A stretch of DNA of 64,000 nt from Aulosira sp. ZfuVER01 (GCA_034530615.2 JAVRCV020000039.1:53863-117862); one strand, 5' to 3'; positions 30,227-41,226 are shown, counted from the stretch's first letter. Numbers and translations: made by a program. Notes: generated by a model not told the origin, from the sequence alone.

Positions 30227-30707
30227 ATTACTGGGTAAGCAGCATGACCGAGATTGCTTTGACTGTGGTAATGAAGCACTAAATCAATTTCTTAAACAAA
30301 CAGCAAGACAGCACAACCAAAAAGGCGTTTCTCGTACTTTTGTCCTAGTTAATACAGAACAGCCAGAGATCATAATTGGTTTCTTCACATTGACATTATC
30401 TGAAGTGCGTGTAGACAAATTTCCAGCGAAATTCTTCAAGAAATACCCTTCTAAAGTTCCTGGTGTCAAACTAGCAAGATTAGCAGTTGACCAAGCCTAT
30501 CAGCGACAAGGAATTGGAGAAGTTTTGATGATTGAGGCGATGCAGCGTGCTTTAATTGTTGCGGAGAATGCGGGAGGTATTGGCTTATTTGTTGATGCAA
30601 AAGATGAAAGTGCAAAAACTTACTACTCTCGTTATGGTTTTGTAAGTTTGGAAGATGCGTCTTTGGAACTATTTTTGCCATTGTCAGTAATTCAGCAAAT
30701 CTTTTAA
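30213..30707 (+). CDS. GNAT acetyltransferase toxin (TacT/AtaT-like)
   Basis: FDCGNEALNQFL, LARLAVD..QRQGIG and VDAKDESAKTYYSRYGF motifs. Confidence 0.88.
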   Translation: MRAIELLGKQHDRDCFDCGNEALNQFLKQTARQHNQKGVSRTFVLVNTEQPEIIIGFFTLTLSEVRVDKFPAKFFKKYPSKVPGVKLARLAVDQAYQRQGIGEVLMIEAMQRALIVAENAGGIGLFVDAKDESAKTYYSRYGFVSLEDASLELFLPLSVIQQIF

Positions 30708-30722
30708 TTCCAAAACTGTAAT

Positions 30723-32651
30723 TTAAGACTCCATCTCAGCTAATTCCAACCACCTCTCAGTCGCCGCATCAATTGCTTGCTTGAGTGCTTCTACCTGGTG
30801 GTACAATTTTTGTACCTGGCTATAATTTCCCGGTGTGACATTCAATAAAGCTTTTTCTACTTCTGCTTTCTCTGTTTCTAAATTGGCAATTTTTCCTTCC
30901 AACTCTTCAAACTCTTTCTTTTCCCAATTTGAGAGCCTGCGACGCTTTTTAGTTTCTGACTCTTGCGGTTGAGATGCAGTTTTTTCCACCTCTACCTTGA
31001 TTGGCTTTTCTTTAATAGCAGTTTCTTGTTGTGTTGCTTCTTCAGCTTTTTTATAATCAAGATAAACTGAGTAATTGCCAGGATATTGGCGGAGCATCCC
31101 ACCTTCTTCCAAAGCAAAAATGGTGTCTACAGTCCGGTCTAAAAAGTAGCGATCGTGAGAAACTACAATTACACAGCCTGCAAAGTCTTCTAAATAATCT
31201 TCTAAGACGGCTAATGTCTGCACATCTAAATCGTTGGTCGGTTCATCTAAAATTAAGACATTAGGTGCGCTCATGAGTATGCGCAACAAAAATAACCGCC
31301 GTTTTTCACCACCAGATAGTTTATGAATGGGTGCATACTGCTGATTTCCAGGAAATAAAAATCGCTCCAGCATTTGCGAAGCACTAATTTTAGTGCCATC
31401 AGCTATGGGCACAAATTCGCCTTCTTCTTTGATGTAGTCAATCACGCGCTGATTTTCGTTTAAAGCTGTCAGTAATTCCTCAGAATGCTGGTCAAAATAA
31501 CCAATATGAATTGTAGAGCCAATTTCTACATTACCGTCATCAGGCTGCACTCGCCCGGTAATCATATCCATTAATGTGGATTTACCTGCACCGTTACCAC
31601 CAATAATTCCAATTCGGTCTTCTGGACTAAATTCGTAGGTGAAATCCTTGATTAAAGTGCGGTCATTGTAGGCTTTAGAGATGTTGTTGATAACAATAAC
31701 TTTTTTGCCAATCCGCCGACTAACTGTAGAAATATCCACTTTACCATTAGTCTGCTTAAACTCAGTTTCTCGCATTGCATGAACGCGATCGATTCTAGCT
31801 TTTTGTTTGGTACTGCGGGCTTTGGGGCCGCGTTTGAGCCATTCTAACTCTCGTCGCAACACGCCTTGGTGTTTACGTTGAGTACTAACAGCAGATTCTT
31901 CAGCTAGAGCTTTCTTTTCGAGGTAATATGAATAATTACCTGTATAGGTGTAGATATCACCTCGGTCAATTTCAATAATCCGATTGGTGACACGATCCAA
32001 AAAGTAGCGATCGTGGGTAATCAAAAATAATGCACCACGATAGCGATTTAAATAACTTTGCAACCACTCTACAGAAAGCGCATCAAGATGGTTTGTTGGC
32101 TCATCCATGAGTAAAACATCTGGTTCTGATAGCAAAGCTGTTGCTAGAGCAATTCGCTTGCGATAGCCTCCAGATAATGTACCGACGATGGCATCAAAGT
32201 CGGAAATACCTAATTTTGTGAGGATAATTTTAGCATTGGTTTCTAGTTCCCAAGCACCAGTCGCATCCATCTTTTGCATGACTACTGAAAGACGAGACAT
32301 TAGCTGACTGTCTTCTGGATAATGAGCTAATTTATCAGACAGTTCTTCATATTCTCGTACCAAAGCCATGTGTTCGCCACTATCGGCAAAAACCTGCTCT
32401 AAAACTGTGTGATTTTCGTCTAAATCTGGTTGCTGGGGCAAATAGATAATTTTAGAACTAGAGTTAACTAAAATTTGACCGCTATCAACTGGTTCTAGCC
32501 CAGCAATCATTTTTAATAAAGTTGATTTACCAGAACCATTAGTACCAATTAAACCAACTTTATCAGTAGCATCTAAGCTAAAGTTAGCATCTTTCAAAAT
32601 TTCTTTGATGCCAAAGTCTTTTTTAACTGATTGTAGGGTAATAATACTCAT
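30723..32651 (-). CDS. ABC-F family ATPase (Uup-like)
   Basis: Two ABC cassettes (GTNGSGKS, GGNGAGKS), WLKRGPKARSTKQKARI linker and C-terminal coiled coil. Confidence 0.92.
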   Translation of the reverse strand: MSIITLQSVKKDFGIKEILKDANFSLDATDKVGLIGTNGSGKSTLLKMIAGLEPVDSGQILVNSSSKIIYLPQQPDLDENHTVLEQVFADSGEHMALVREYEELSDKLAHYPEDSQLMSRLSVVMQKMDATGAWELETNAKIILTKLGISDFDAIVGTLSGGYRKRIALATALLSEPDVLLMDEPTNHLDALSVEWLQSYLNRYRGALFLITHDRYFLDRVTNRIIEIDRGDIYTYTGNYSYYLEKKALAEESAVSTQRKHQGVLRRELEWLKRGPKARSTKQKARIDRVHAMRETEFKQTNGKVDISTVSRRIGKKVIVINNISKAYNDRTLIKDFTYEFSPEDRIGIIGGNGAGKSTLMDMITGRVQPDDGNVEIGSTIHIGYFDQHSEELLTALNENQRVIDYIKEEGEFVPIADGTKISASQMLERFLFPGNQQYAPIHKLSGGEKRRLFLLRILMSAPNVLILDEPTNDLDVQTLAVLEDYLEDFAGCVIVVSHDRYFLDRTVDTIFALEEGGMLRQYPGNYSVYLDYKKAEEATQQETAIKEKPIKVEVEKTASQPQESETKKRRRLSNWEKKEFEELEGKIANLETEKAEVEKALLNVTPGNYSQVQKLYHQVEALKQAIDAATERWLELAEMES

Positions 32652-32722
32652 AAAAGTTAGTAATTGGTCATGCAAATTTAGTTTATAGGTAAGGCAATTG
32701 CCCTACCTAGCACTGCCAAATT

Positions 32723-33139
32723 TTAGACAAATAAATCCAGGGGTAAATGTCCATACATTTCGTTGATTCCCCCAGGATTGTGAGATTGGCAAGAGACTAA
32801 TACACCACGATGATGTCCTGAATAGGAATCGATATAACACAAGCCATTCTTGCCATTTAATTTGATATAAACTGGGCCATCAATGTCAGGTAAGTTGCTA
32901 GGTACTTCATAACCCAAAGCTTGGGAATAAGTTTTCATTGACAGCTTTCCTTCCTCAGCTGTATCAGCACAAATACCCAAAATTTTGTAATCAGCAAGAC
33001 TAGCGATCAAAATTAACGCCCGCCGCACTGAAGCTTTTTCTGATGGCTTGAGAATTGGAGCAATATCGAGACAGTTGAATTTATTGAGAATTTTTCTTGC
33101 GTCTTCAGCTGTGAGATTGGGATGATTAGGAGTTGACAT
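32723..33139 (-). CDS. DUF1824 family protein
   Basis: ILGICAD, GPVYIKLN, RGVLVSCQ and YGHLPLDLF motifs. Confidence 0.8.
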   Translation of the reverse strand: MSTPNHPNLTAEDARKILNKFNCLDIAPILKPSEKASVRRALILIASLADYKILGICADTAEEGKLSMKTYSQALGYEVPSNLPDIDGPVYIKLNGKNGLCYIDSYSGHHRGVLVSCQSHNPGGINEMYGHLPLDLFV

Positions 33140-33221
33140 GAATCTAGTTTATTGGGGGTCTTGGTGATTATTTTGGATCTGAGGTTGAGATTGCCTACTA
33201 TACTAAGATGATTTCTTCAAA

Positions 33222-34070
33222 TTAGGGTTGATTTTGAGTATTACCTAGATTGAAAATAAAGGGCACGCTGCTTTTTGCGTCGTTCCCCATAACTAGAACG
33301 TTTGGCATGTGAGAACCGCCAGCCTTCCAAGCTTCGATCGCTTCTTTTTGCAGAACTAATTGCCCACCTTGGGCTTTGAGCGTTTCTGCCAAGAGTCTTT
33401 GAGCCTCCGCTTTACCTTTAGCGCGATTAATTTCCGCTTGTGCTTCCTGTTCTGCTTCTCGTGCTACATAAACGGCTCTTTGCGCCCGTTGTTCGGCAAT
33501 TTGTTTTTCTTCCACTGCTCTGGCAAACTCTGGGGAAAAAGTCAAGTCAACTACACTAGTATCCAGCACGATTATCCCATATTTATCTAAGCGATCGCCT
33601 AATGCATTATCAAAGTCTTCCTTCAACTCGCTACGTTTGGTAATTGCTTCTTCTACAGTTCTTCTTGCAGCTGCTATTTTAAATGCTTCTTGGGTTTGGG
33701 GGGCAATAATTTTCGAGACAATATTTTCTAAAGTACCTTGTTTTCTTCTCACCTCTACTACCTGGGTAGGATCGAGGCGAAAGTTAATGGCAAATCTCGC
33801 AGATAAGTTTTGTAGATCCTTAGTAGAACTCTCCGCTGGCACTTCAAATTTTTGCACAGTTAAATCATATACATCTATAGCCGAAATGAAGGGTGGTTTT
33901 AGGTGGATACCCTCAAGTAAGGCTCCATCTCTCGCTTTACCCAAGATACTGATTACTCCTGCTTGTCCTGGGTTAATAATGATAAACGAATTGAGGCTAA
34001 TACTCACCAGTATTGCCAACAGTACTCCTAAAACAGTAGTTTGCCAATTCGCAAATTGCTGATTTTTCAA
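33222..34070 (-). CDS. Prohibitin / SPFH (band 7) family protein
   Basis: N-terminal TM segment, STKDLQ and FSPEFARAVEEKQIAEQRAQRA motifs. Confidence 0.92.
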   Translation of the reverse strand: MKNQQFANWQTTVLGVLLAILVSISLNSFIIINPGQAGVISILGKARDGALLEGIHLKPPFISAIDVYDLTVQKFEVPAESSTKDLQNLSARFAINFRLDPTQVVEVRRKQGTLENIVSKIIAPQTQEAFKIAAARRTVEEAITKRSELKEDFDNALGDRLDKYGIIVLDTSVVDLTFSPEFARAVEEKQIAEQRAQRAVYVAREAEQEAQAEINRAKGKAEAQRLLAETLKAQGGQLVLQKEAIEAWKAGGSHMPNVLVMGNDAKSSVPFIFNLGNTQNQP

Positions 34071-34177
34071 GATTTCATCTCCACAAGCAACTCCTGTATT
34101 ATGGTGGCACGTAGTCAGCCTACCGACATAGACAAATCTGAGTGCTGAGTCAAGAGTCCAAAGTCATTAGTTATTTC

Positions 34178-34233
34178 TCCCTTGTCTCCCCACACTCCCC
34201 ACACTCCCCACACTCCCCACACTCCCCACACCC
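34178..34233. repeat. Tandem 9-bp repeat (CCCCACACT)
   Basis: About five consecutive units are visible. Confidence 0.85.
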
Positions 34234-34282
34234 TTCGCTCCCCTCTCGTGCTAATATCAGTTGCACGCAACTGTAACGAAAT

Positions 34283-36091
34283 GTGGCTACTGCATTGAAA
34301 TCTCATCAGGTATCAAGAAGGCGTAGACATTCTGTACATCCCCTCCAGCGTCTGCTTGACTATGGGCATCAGTATCGTAAACAAATTTGGCTTGCAACTG
34401 GTTCTTCGATTTTAAATAAACTTTTTGACTTAGCACCACCGGCGTTAGTGGGGATTGCCGTAGATGTGGTAGTTAAGCAGCAGGATTCGATCATTGCTCA
34501 GTTAGGAATCAAGGATATCTTTGGGCAATTTTTGATTCTTTCTTTACTTACGGTGATTACTTGGATACTCGAATCAACTTTTGAGTACCGCTACAAGTTG
34601 ATTTGGCGCAACTTGGCGCAGAATGTTCAGCATGACTTGCGTCTGGATGCATACAAACACCTTCAAGAGTTGGAGTTAGCTTATTTTGAAGAACGTAGTA
34701 CTGGCGGTTTAATGTCCATCCTCAGTGATGATGTTAACCAATTAGAGCGCTTTTTGGATGTGGGGGCAAACGACATCATCCATGTACTCACGACTATTGT
34801 AGTAGTTGGCGGTGGCTTCTTTATTTTGGCTCCCAACATAGCTTGGATGGCAATCATACCTATACCTTTTATTCTTTGGGGTTCGGTAGCTTTTCAGAAA
34901 TTGCTAGCACCGCGTTACGCTGATGTGCGGGAAAAAGTCGGTTTACTCAATGGACGGTTGTCGAATAATCTGAGTGGGATCACGACGATTAAAAGTTTCA
35001 CCGCCGAAGATTATGAGTCGGCGCGAGTGGCGGAGGAAAGTAACGCCTATCGCCAGAGTAACGTGAAAGCGATCGCACTTTCTGCGGCTTTTATCCCCTT
35101 AATTCGGATGCTGATTTTGGCAGCTTTCACTGTATTGCTGCTGTTTGGGGGTATGGAAGCCGTCGCCGGAAGAATTTCTGTTGGTGCTTACAGTTCTTTA
35201 GTATTCTTAGTCCAGCTTTTACTTTGGCCTTTAACTAGATTAGGAGAAACCTTCGATTTATATCAACGGGCAATGGCTTCTACCAATCGCGTTATGGATT
35301 TGTTAGATACTCCTATTGCCATTCATCCAGGAAATATCGCCTTACCTGCTGAGACGGTAAGGGGAGAAGTGGAATTTAAAAATGTCACTTTTGCTTATAA
35401 AGATAGATTACCAGTAGTTAAAAATCTGTCTTTGCACATTCCCGCAGGTAATACCATTGCGATTGTCGGTTCTACTGGTTCCGGTAAAAGCACCTTAGTC
35501 AAACTTTTGTTGCGATTGTACGAATTGCACACCGGCAGCATTACTTTAGATGGCATTGACTTACAAAACTTAAATTTGCGAGATTTACGCCGTTGTATTG
35601 GCTTAGTCAGTCAGGATGTATTTTTATTTCATGGCACGGTAGCGGAGAATATTGCTTATGGCAGCTTTGACGCTACAGAACCAGAAATCATCATGGCGGC
35701 TAAGGTAGCTGAAGCACATGAATTTATTACTCACCTACCCCAAGGTTATGAGACAATCGTCGGGGAGCGAGGGCAAAAGTTATCTGGGGGACAACGACAA
35801 AGAATTGCGATCGCGCGTGCAGTATTGAAAAATCCGCCCATTTTGATTTTAGATGAAGCTACCTCAGCAGTAGATAATGAAACAGAAGCCGCAATTCAGC
35901 GATCGCTCGAACGGATTACAGTGAATAGGACAACAATTGCGATCGCTCATCGTCTTTCTACCATCCGCAATGCCAATTGCATTTATGTGATGGAACATGG
36001 AAAACTAGTAGAGTCCGGAACCCATGAACAATTGCTAGAGGAAGATGGCATTTATGCTAGTCTCTGGCGTGTACAATCTGGTTTGAGATAA
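34283..36091 (+). CDS. ABC transporter permease/ATP-binding protein (MsbA/MdlB-like)
   Basis: TM domain followed by [17 protein letters not shown] and ILDEATS. Confidence 0.92.
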   Translation: MATALKSHQVSRRRRHSVHPLQRLLDYGHQYRKQIWLATGSSILNKLFDLAPPALVGIAVDVVVKQQDSIIAQLGIKDIFGQFLILSLLTVITWILESTFEYRYKLIWRNLAQNVQHDLRLDAYKHLQELELAYFEERSTGGLMSILSDDVNQLERFLDVGANDIIHVLTTIVVVGGGFFILAPNIAWMAIIPIPFILWGSVAFQKLLAPRYADVREKVGLLNGRLSNNLSGITTIKSFTAEDYESARVAEESNAYRQSNVKAIALSAAFIPLIRMLILAAFTVLLLFGGMEAVAGRISVGAYSSLVFLVQLLLWPLTRLGETFDLYQRAMASTNRVMDLLDTPIAIHPGNIALPAETVRGEVEFKNVTFAYKDRLPVVKNLSLHIPAGNTIAIVGSTGSGKSTLVKLLLRLYELHTGSITLDGIDLQNLNLRDLRRCIGLVSQDVFLFHGTVAENIAYGSFDATEPEIIMAAKVAEAHEFITHLPQGYETIVGERGQKLSGGQRQRIAIARAVLKNPPILILDEATSAVDNETEAAIQRSLERITVNRTTIAIAHRLSTIRNANCIYVMEHGKLVESGTHEQLLEEDGIYASLWRVQSGLR

Positions 36092-36143
36092 AGTCAAGAG
36101 TCAAGAATCAATATAGCAATCTCATTTGATATACAAATACAAG

Positions 36144-36266
36144 GGACAAGGAGGACAAGGAGGACAAGGAGGACAAGGAGGAAATAACTACTCTCTTCAC
36201 CAATACCCAATGCCCAATGCCCAATGACCATTTAATTACGAATTACGAATTACAAATTACGAATTA
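36144..36266. repeat. STRR cluster (GGACAAGGA, TGCCCAA, AATTACG units)
   Basis: Tandem units are directly visible. Confidence 0.8.
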
Positions 36267-36270
36267 ATTT

Positions 36271-36699
36271 ATGTTTTTTGGTAGTACTCAGCCGGAATCA
36301 GCAGATAACAAGTGGCGTGGCCAGTTGGATAGATTTGTCAAAGAAAACCAACCAGAATTGGCGGCGCTGTTTTGGGGATTGTGGTTAGAAAATGGTAATA
36401 GCCAAGGTACTATCGGTATTGATTTGCAACCAGCACCGCATTTTGTTTATTGCCCCAAAGATGAGATAGAGAAGTTAAATAGTAAAGTTGAGAATCGGCT
36501 GCAAGAAATATTAGGAATCGTCGAGAATCACAAACCAGAAGTAGAAGTTGTGATGATTGGTATTGGTAAAGGTGAAATTAAGTTAATTCAGTTTGCACCG
36601 CAACCAGCACCACCTGATTGTTTTGCACAAGTTGGTAAGGATGTGGATGGGTTATTGGAATTGTTGGAACAGCGGATGAGGGCGCAGATTGTTTTTTAA
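36271..36699 (+). CDS. ccmS: Probable beta-carboxysome assembly chaperone CcmS-like protein
   Basis: WRGQLDRFVKENQPELAALFWGL..GIDLQPAPHFVYCP pattern, recalled from this cyanobacterial family. Confidence 0.6.
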   Translation: MFFGSTQPESADNKWRGQLDRFVKENQPELAALFWGLWLENGNSQGTIGIDLQPAPHFVYCPKDEIEKLNSKVENRLQEILGIVENHKPEVEVVMIGIGKGEIKLIQFAPQPAPPDCFAQVGKDVDGLLELLEQRMRAQIVF

Positions 36700-36729
36700 C
36701 GCAGAGGAGAACACTGTTCAAACAACCTC

Positions 36730-37044
36730 TTAACTCGCTGCTACAATATCGCTATCTGTAGCATCGTCATTTAAACCAAACTTATCATATAGTTCATCAA
36801 CATTTTGCGGCTCAATTATTCCTGCTTTTGCCCGTTCTAGAGCAGTTAATAAACGAGTAGAATTTGCAGGTGAACGAAGTAAGTATAGAGTTTCTAATAA
36901 ACTATTTAATTCTGCTTCAGCAATTAAGACAACATTTTTACCGTCTACTTGGCTAATAATTACAGCTTCACCTGTCTCTAAAACTTGACTGCAAAGTTTT
37001 TCTAGATTTCCATTCGCTTCAGCAGATGTAACTTTGACTGACAT
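36730..37044 (-). CDS. Phd/YefM family antitoxin (no intact toxin next to it)
   Basis: SAEANGNLEKL..VII..NVVLI..LLETLYLLRSPANSTRL motif. Confidence 0.85.
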   Translation of the reverse strand: MSVKVTSAEANGNLEKLCSQVLETGEAVIISQVDGKNVVLIAEAELNSLLETLYLLRSPANSTRLLTALERAKAGIIEPQNVDELYDKFGLNDDATDSDIVAAS

Positions 37045-37069
37045 AATTATTTAACTCAAAATAGTATTT

Positions 37070-37123
37070 TTATTCGTAATGATAGCGAGCTTTAAGAAAA
37101 TCAATTCGGTCATCACTAACTAA
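37070..37123 (-). pseudogene. 3' tail of a Txe/YoeB toxin
   Basis: LVSDDRIDFLKARYHYE* matches the YoeB C-terminal ...DRIDFLQARYHY motif. No upstream part is present. Confidence 0.7.
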
Positions 37124-37242
37124 ATTTTGTTTGGCTGGTTACTAGAGTGAGTTACGATCGCACTGTTAACGTTACCACTCAAAACTATCCGGGAACGCTA
37201 AAAACTAACCGTATTACCTGTGTTTATCTGTGGTTCTAATCC

Positions 37243-38040
37243 ATGAAAATTTGGCAGGCTGATTTTTACCGGAGTCCGCAACAAAATCCAACTGGACAAA
37301 TTATTTGGGAGTTGTTGATTTGTGATGCAACTCGCAACTTAGAGTATGTAGCTACTTGTCCCCAGTCAGAAGCAAATTCCAGTTGGTTGACAGATCAAAT
37401 TCAGCTAGCAGCTAGCGAACATCTACCAAATGCGATTCAAGTATTTCGTCCGCAATCTTTGAGCTTAATTGAGGCGGCTGGACGTAATTTAGGTATTAGT
37501 GTCGAACCTACCCGCCGGACTTTGGCATTGAAGCAGTGGTTACAAGAAAAACAATATCCCACAGCCATAGATAAACCACCTCCTGTACCTCTACCAGAAA
37601 ACCTTTGGGGAGAACAATGGCGCTTTGCTACTCTGAGTGCAGGTGATGTAGAAACAGCATTTAGCGATCGCCCGATTCCGATTCTGCATCTGCCAGAATA
37701 TCTTAAACCCCTAAATCTGGGTTTAGCCTCAACAACCCCAATTCCCGGTGTGGTAATTTATGGTGGACGGCAATCAATGCGTTTAGCACGGTGGTTGCAT
37801 GAAGCCCGTCCCGTAGCTTTGAATTATGTTGCTGGTGCGCCCGATGGCTTAATATTAGAAGCCGGTTTAGTAGATAGGTGGATTGTCGCTACTTTTGAAG
37901 ATGCAGAAGTGACTGCTGCTGCTCAGGTATATCAACAGCGCCAACAACTAAGTAAAGGAATACACTTTTTATTAGTGCAACCTGATGATTCGGGAATGAC
38001 TTACAGTGGCTTTTGGTTATTGCAGACAGAAGATTCCTAG
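37243..38040 (+). CDS. Tab2/Atab2 family RNA-binding protein (DUF1092)
   Basis: IWQADFYR, WELLICD, PLPENLWGEQWRF, LEAGLVDRW and GIHFLLVQPD..GFWLL motifs. Confidence 0.88.
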   Translation: MKIWQADFYRSPQQNPTGQIIWELLICDATRNLEYVATCPQSEANSSWLTDQIQLAASEHLPNAIQVFRPQSLSLIEAAGRNLGISVEPTRRTLALKQWLQEKQYPTAIDKPPPVPLPENLWGEQWRFATLSAGDVETAFSDRPIPILHLPEYLKPLNLGLASTTPIPGVVIYGGRQSMRLARWLHEARPVALNYVAGAPDGLILEAGLVDRWIVATFEDAEVTAAAQVYQQRQQLSKGIHFLLVQPDDSGMTYSGFWLLQTEDS

Positions 38041-38140
38041 TACCGCTACGCGGAATTCGTAATTCGTAATTCGTAATTAGCTTTGCGCAAGTGTTTTAGA
38101 CATTTGGAATGGGTGGTTTATTTACGCCATGCTGTACTAG
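38037..38140. mobile_element. CTAGTAC...GTACTAG MITE-like repeat, copy 2
   Basis: TIRs and internal AATTCGT heptamers. The terminal CTAG supplies the Tab2 stop codon. Confidence 0.7.
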
Positions 38141-38150
38141 GAAAAGCAAT

Positions 38151-39110
38151 TTAATAGTTATAGTATTCGGGCTTAATATCACGCAGCATTAATTCATCGA
38201 GAGCTTTTTGAGGAGTCAGTTCGCCTTGAAGTACACGATAAACTTGCTCGCTAATGGGAACTGGAATATTTTGCTGTCTAGCTCGATGCACTAAGACTTG
38301 GCAAGTGTTGACTCCTTCAGCAGTTCCTTGTAGCTCGGCAAGAATTTCTGTTAGTGTCTTACCACTAGCTAGCCGATAACCAACTTGATAATTGCGACTT
38401 AAAGAACTGTTGCAAGTTGCTAGCAAATCCCCTAAACCGGATAAACCGTAAAATGTCTCTGTTTTCGCACCCCAGAAGTTACCAATGCGAACCATTTCTG
38501 TGAGTCCACGAGTGACTAAAGCAGCTTTAGCATTGGTTCCCAACTGTAAACCATCACATACACCAGCTGCGATCGCAATTACATTCTTGAGTGTTCCCCC
38601 TAGTTCCACTCCCACAGGATCGGGATTAGTATATACCCGAAACCGATTAGAAGAAAACACCAGCTGCACCGCTTCAGCAGCAGTAGTATTGCTACTAGCT
38701 ACCACTGTTGCAGCTGGCAATTCCATCTCAATTTCTTTCGATAAATTCGGCCCGGAAAGGACAACTACCGCATGGTTAGGGAAAGCTGTTTGCCAAATTT
38801 GCGACGGCGTACAGGTAGTTTCTGGCTCTAAACCCTTCGTCGCCGTCACAAAAATTGTCTCTGAAGAAAGGGGGAAAGACTTGACTTGTGTCACCACATC
38901 TCTCACACCTTTCATCGAGATTGCAGATAAGATAATTTGGGCATCTTCTAACACTGCTTCGAGAGTAGCTGCTCCCCAACGCGACCAGACACGCACCTGA
39001 TGACCATTAGCCGCAGCCAAATTTGCTAGTGCTGTACCCCAAGCACCTGCTCCTAAAATTGCTACAGATTGTGGATTGTCATTGGTCATTGGGCATTTGT
39101 CATTGGTCAT
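38151..39110 (-). CDS. gpsA: NAD(P)H-dependent glycerol-3-phosphate dehydrogenase
   Basis: GAGAWGTALA, ATKGLE, LSGPN, GGTLKNVIAIAAG and GLGDLLATC motifs. The N-terminal MTNDK/MTND is STRR-derived, so the exact start is uncertain. Confidence 0.93.
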   Translation of the reverse strand: MTNDKCPMTNDNPQSVAILGAGAWGTALANLAAANGHQVRVWSRWGAATLEAVLEDAQIILSAISMKGVRDVVTQVKSFPLSSETIFVTATKGLEPETTCTPSQIWQTAFPNHAVVVLSGPNLSKEIEMELPAATVVASSNTTAAEAVQLVFSSNRFRVYTNPDPVGVELGGTLKNVIAIAAGVCDGLQLGTNAKAALVTRGLTEMVRIGNFWGAKTETFYGLSGLGDLLATCNSSLSRNYQVGYRLASGKTLTEILAELQGTAEGVNTCQVLVHRARQQNIPVPISEQVYRVLQGELTPQKALDELMLRDIKPEYYNY

Positions 39111-39169
39111 TTGTCATTTGTTATTCTCCGCGTCCCCGCGTCCCTGAGTCCCCCCGTCTCCTGATCTCC

Positions 39170-40048
39170 TCATCCTCGACTCCGGGGGTAACGTTGCATT
39201 AGCTCCCGCACTTGTTCGGCATGATATGAGCTTCTTGTCAATGGAGAAGAAACTACTTGCAGAAATCCCAGTTCATCACCGAAGGCTTGCCAAGCAGCAA
39301 ATTGTTCTGGGGTGATAAAGTTATCTACTTTTAAGTGTTTTTGACTGGGTTGGAGGTATTGCCCAATTGTCAAAATATCGCAATCTACAGATCGCAAGTC
39401 TTGCATAACTTGACGAACTTCGGCATCAGTTTCACCCAGTCCAACCATAATCCCGGATTTAGTGTAGATCCAAGGAGCAATTTGACGCGATCGCAAAAGT
39501 AATTCCATTGTGCGATCGTAGTTACCTTGGGGACGCACACGGCGATATAGGCGGGGTATGGTTTCTGTATTGTGGTTTAATACTTCTGGTGCAGCTTGGA
39601 TGATCATCTCCAGCGCATTCCAATTGCCGCACAAGTCAGGAATCAACACCTCAATTGTAGTTTTGGGTGAGACCGTGCGAATTGCTGCAATACAATGCTC
39701 AAACTGAGACGCACCACCATCCGGTAAATCATCTCGGTTTACAGAGGTAATCACTACATGATTGAGTTTCATGCGGCGAACAGCCTCCGCCAATCGTTCT
39801 GGTTCGGTGGGGTCTAAAGGCTTGGGCTTTTTCTCAAAATCTATATCGCAATAGGGACAGGCACGGGTACAAGCTGGCCCCATAATCAAAAACGTGGCAG
39901 TACCAGCTTGAAAACACTCACCAATATTCGGACAGGACGCTTCCTCACAAACCGTATTGAGCGCTAAATCCCGCAAAATTTCTTTAACGTTACCGACGCG
40001 CTCCCACTGAGGCGCTTTCACCCGCAACCAGTCTGGTTTAACAGTCAC
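39170..40048 (-). CDS. lipA: Lipoyl synthase
   Basis: [20 protein letters not shown] and RSSYHA motifs. Confidence 0.96.
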   Translation of the reverse strand: MTVKPDWLRVKAPQWERVGNVKEILRDLALNTVCEEASCPNIGECFQAGTATFLIMGPACTRACPYCDIDFEKKPKPLDPTEPERLAEAVRRMKLNHVVITSVNRDDLPDGGASQFEHCIAAIRTVSPKTTIEVLIPDLCGNWNALEMIIQAAPEVLNHNTETIPRLYRRVRPQGNYDRTMELLLRSRQIAPWIYTKSGIMVGLGETDAEVRQVMQDLRSVDCDILTIGQYLQPSQKHLKVDNFITPEQFAAWQAFGDELGFLQVVSSPLTRSSYHAEQVRELMQRYPRSRG

Positions 40049-40192
40049 AATCCGTTTTTCTTAATGAAGTTATACACATCTAATCCTAGCAAGCAACGCC
40101 CTGATAAAAGTAATCTATATATATAGATGTGAGATTAGTTTTGTACTTTATCATTAGTTGTGATATTTTGGATATATAGTGCCGTTTTTCGG

Positions 40193-40266
40193 CGGGATGT
40201 AGCGCAGCTTGGTAGCGCACTTCGTTCGGGACGAAGGGGCCGCTGGTTCGAATCCAGTCATCCCGA
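40193..40266 (+). tRNA. tRNA-Pro (CGG)
   Basis: 74-nt cloverleaf with anticodon arm CTTCG-TTCGGGA-CGAAG and a GGTTCGAATCC T-arm. CCA is not encoded. Confidence 0.96.
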
Positions 40267-40401
40267 TTGTTGTTGTCGATTAACTAATTATTTGTCCGTG
40301 GCGATGACTGCGGTGGGCAAGGCTGATGCTATGTAGCTTGGCAGAAGCTAAACGAGGAATATGCGATCGCATTTCTTGAGTTGATGGGAGAGAGTGCGAT
40401 G

Positions 40402-40605
40402 TTAATCCACCACTTTAATCAATCCTCTTTGCAAAGCATCAAAAACTCGGCTGATTTGCAACCTTTCTTGTTCGTTCAAATCTTCTTTAGATAGCAGTGC
40501 TGACATCAAAAGCTGCTGATCGTGGCGCGTAATTCTACGAATAGCAAATATATGCTCTAAGACTGTTTCTAACTGCAATTGGGTTGAGTTGGCAGTAGTT
40601 AGCAT
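40402..40605 (-). CDS. Small conserved cyanobacterial hypothetical protein
   Basis: RITRHDQQLLM..LNEQER..ISRVFDALQRGLIKVVD pattern. Confidence 0.75.
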   Translation of the reverse strand: MLTTANSTQLQLETVLEHIFAIRRITRHDQQLLMSALLSKEDLNEQERLQISRVFDALQRGLIKVVD

Positions 40606-40851
40606 ATTCTTTAATAAAACTTTGTCGATTAATATAAATAACTCTTGTTAAAATAACAATTTTTGACAAAGCTTGACATTGGTAGCTACACGGAATCCCT
40701 ACTTATCTGTCAAGCATTATGCAGAACGAATATTTTCACAATTTATCCCACTAATGGCGACGCGATTCTGATTCCAGTTTCGCAGTCAGCCAATCTAACT
40801 TGATGTATTAGTGAACTCAGTACTTATCGGTATAAATTCTAATTCACATTC

Positions 40852-41226
40852 CTATTTCAGCACTTGATCCAAAAAGTCTCTAGCCGATTGTGCTTTAGCC
40901 AACGCTGTTTGATGGTCGCTATAAGCACGAACGAGGCGTAAAAGACCGCTGATACCAGACTTGAGTTGCTCAAGTTCTTCACCAGCAACCACTTCACCAT
41001 CCAGCATTCGCCCGATCAAAGGTTTGATCTCACCCACTTCCTGGCGGGCTTTTTGTAGCTTTTCTAAGGCACTCAGTAAGCTTTTTAATGAGTTCAAAAT
41101 CTCATCAATATCCTGAGTTACCTCAACTGGTTCCGCCGAATCTTGTACTGTCGTCGTATCTTGTTCTGTGGACAATTCCTGTGCAGATGCTTCCGTCGTT
41201 TTCACCTCGGTTGGCTTTGCCATCAA
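40852..41226 (-). CDS. Hypothetical coiled-coil protein
   Basis: 124-aa ORF with GAGG upstream and helical composition. Confidence 0.7.
   Translation of the reverse strand: MMAKPTEVKTTEASAQELSTEQDTTTVQDSAEPVEVTQDIDEILNSLKSLLSALEKLQKARQEVGEIKPLIGRMLDGEVVAGEELEQLKSGISGLLRLVRAYSDHQTALAKAQSARDFLDQVLK

Noticed and set aside
34115..34306. ORF with VWGVWG repeats
   Set aside because: It is a translation of the 9-bp tandem repeat.
38485..39000. Long antisense ORFs (this one, and 11079, 33637, 47296, 61862 etc.)
   Set aside because: They are shadow frames of well-supported genes on the opposite strand.
40193..40400. Integrative element at tRNA-Pro
   Set aside because: No integrase and no duplicated tRNA 3' end were seen in the window.
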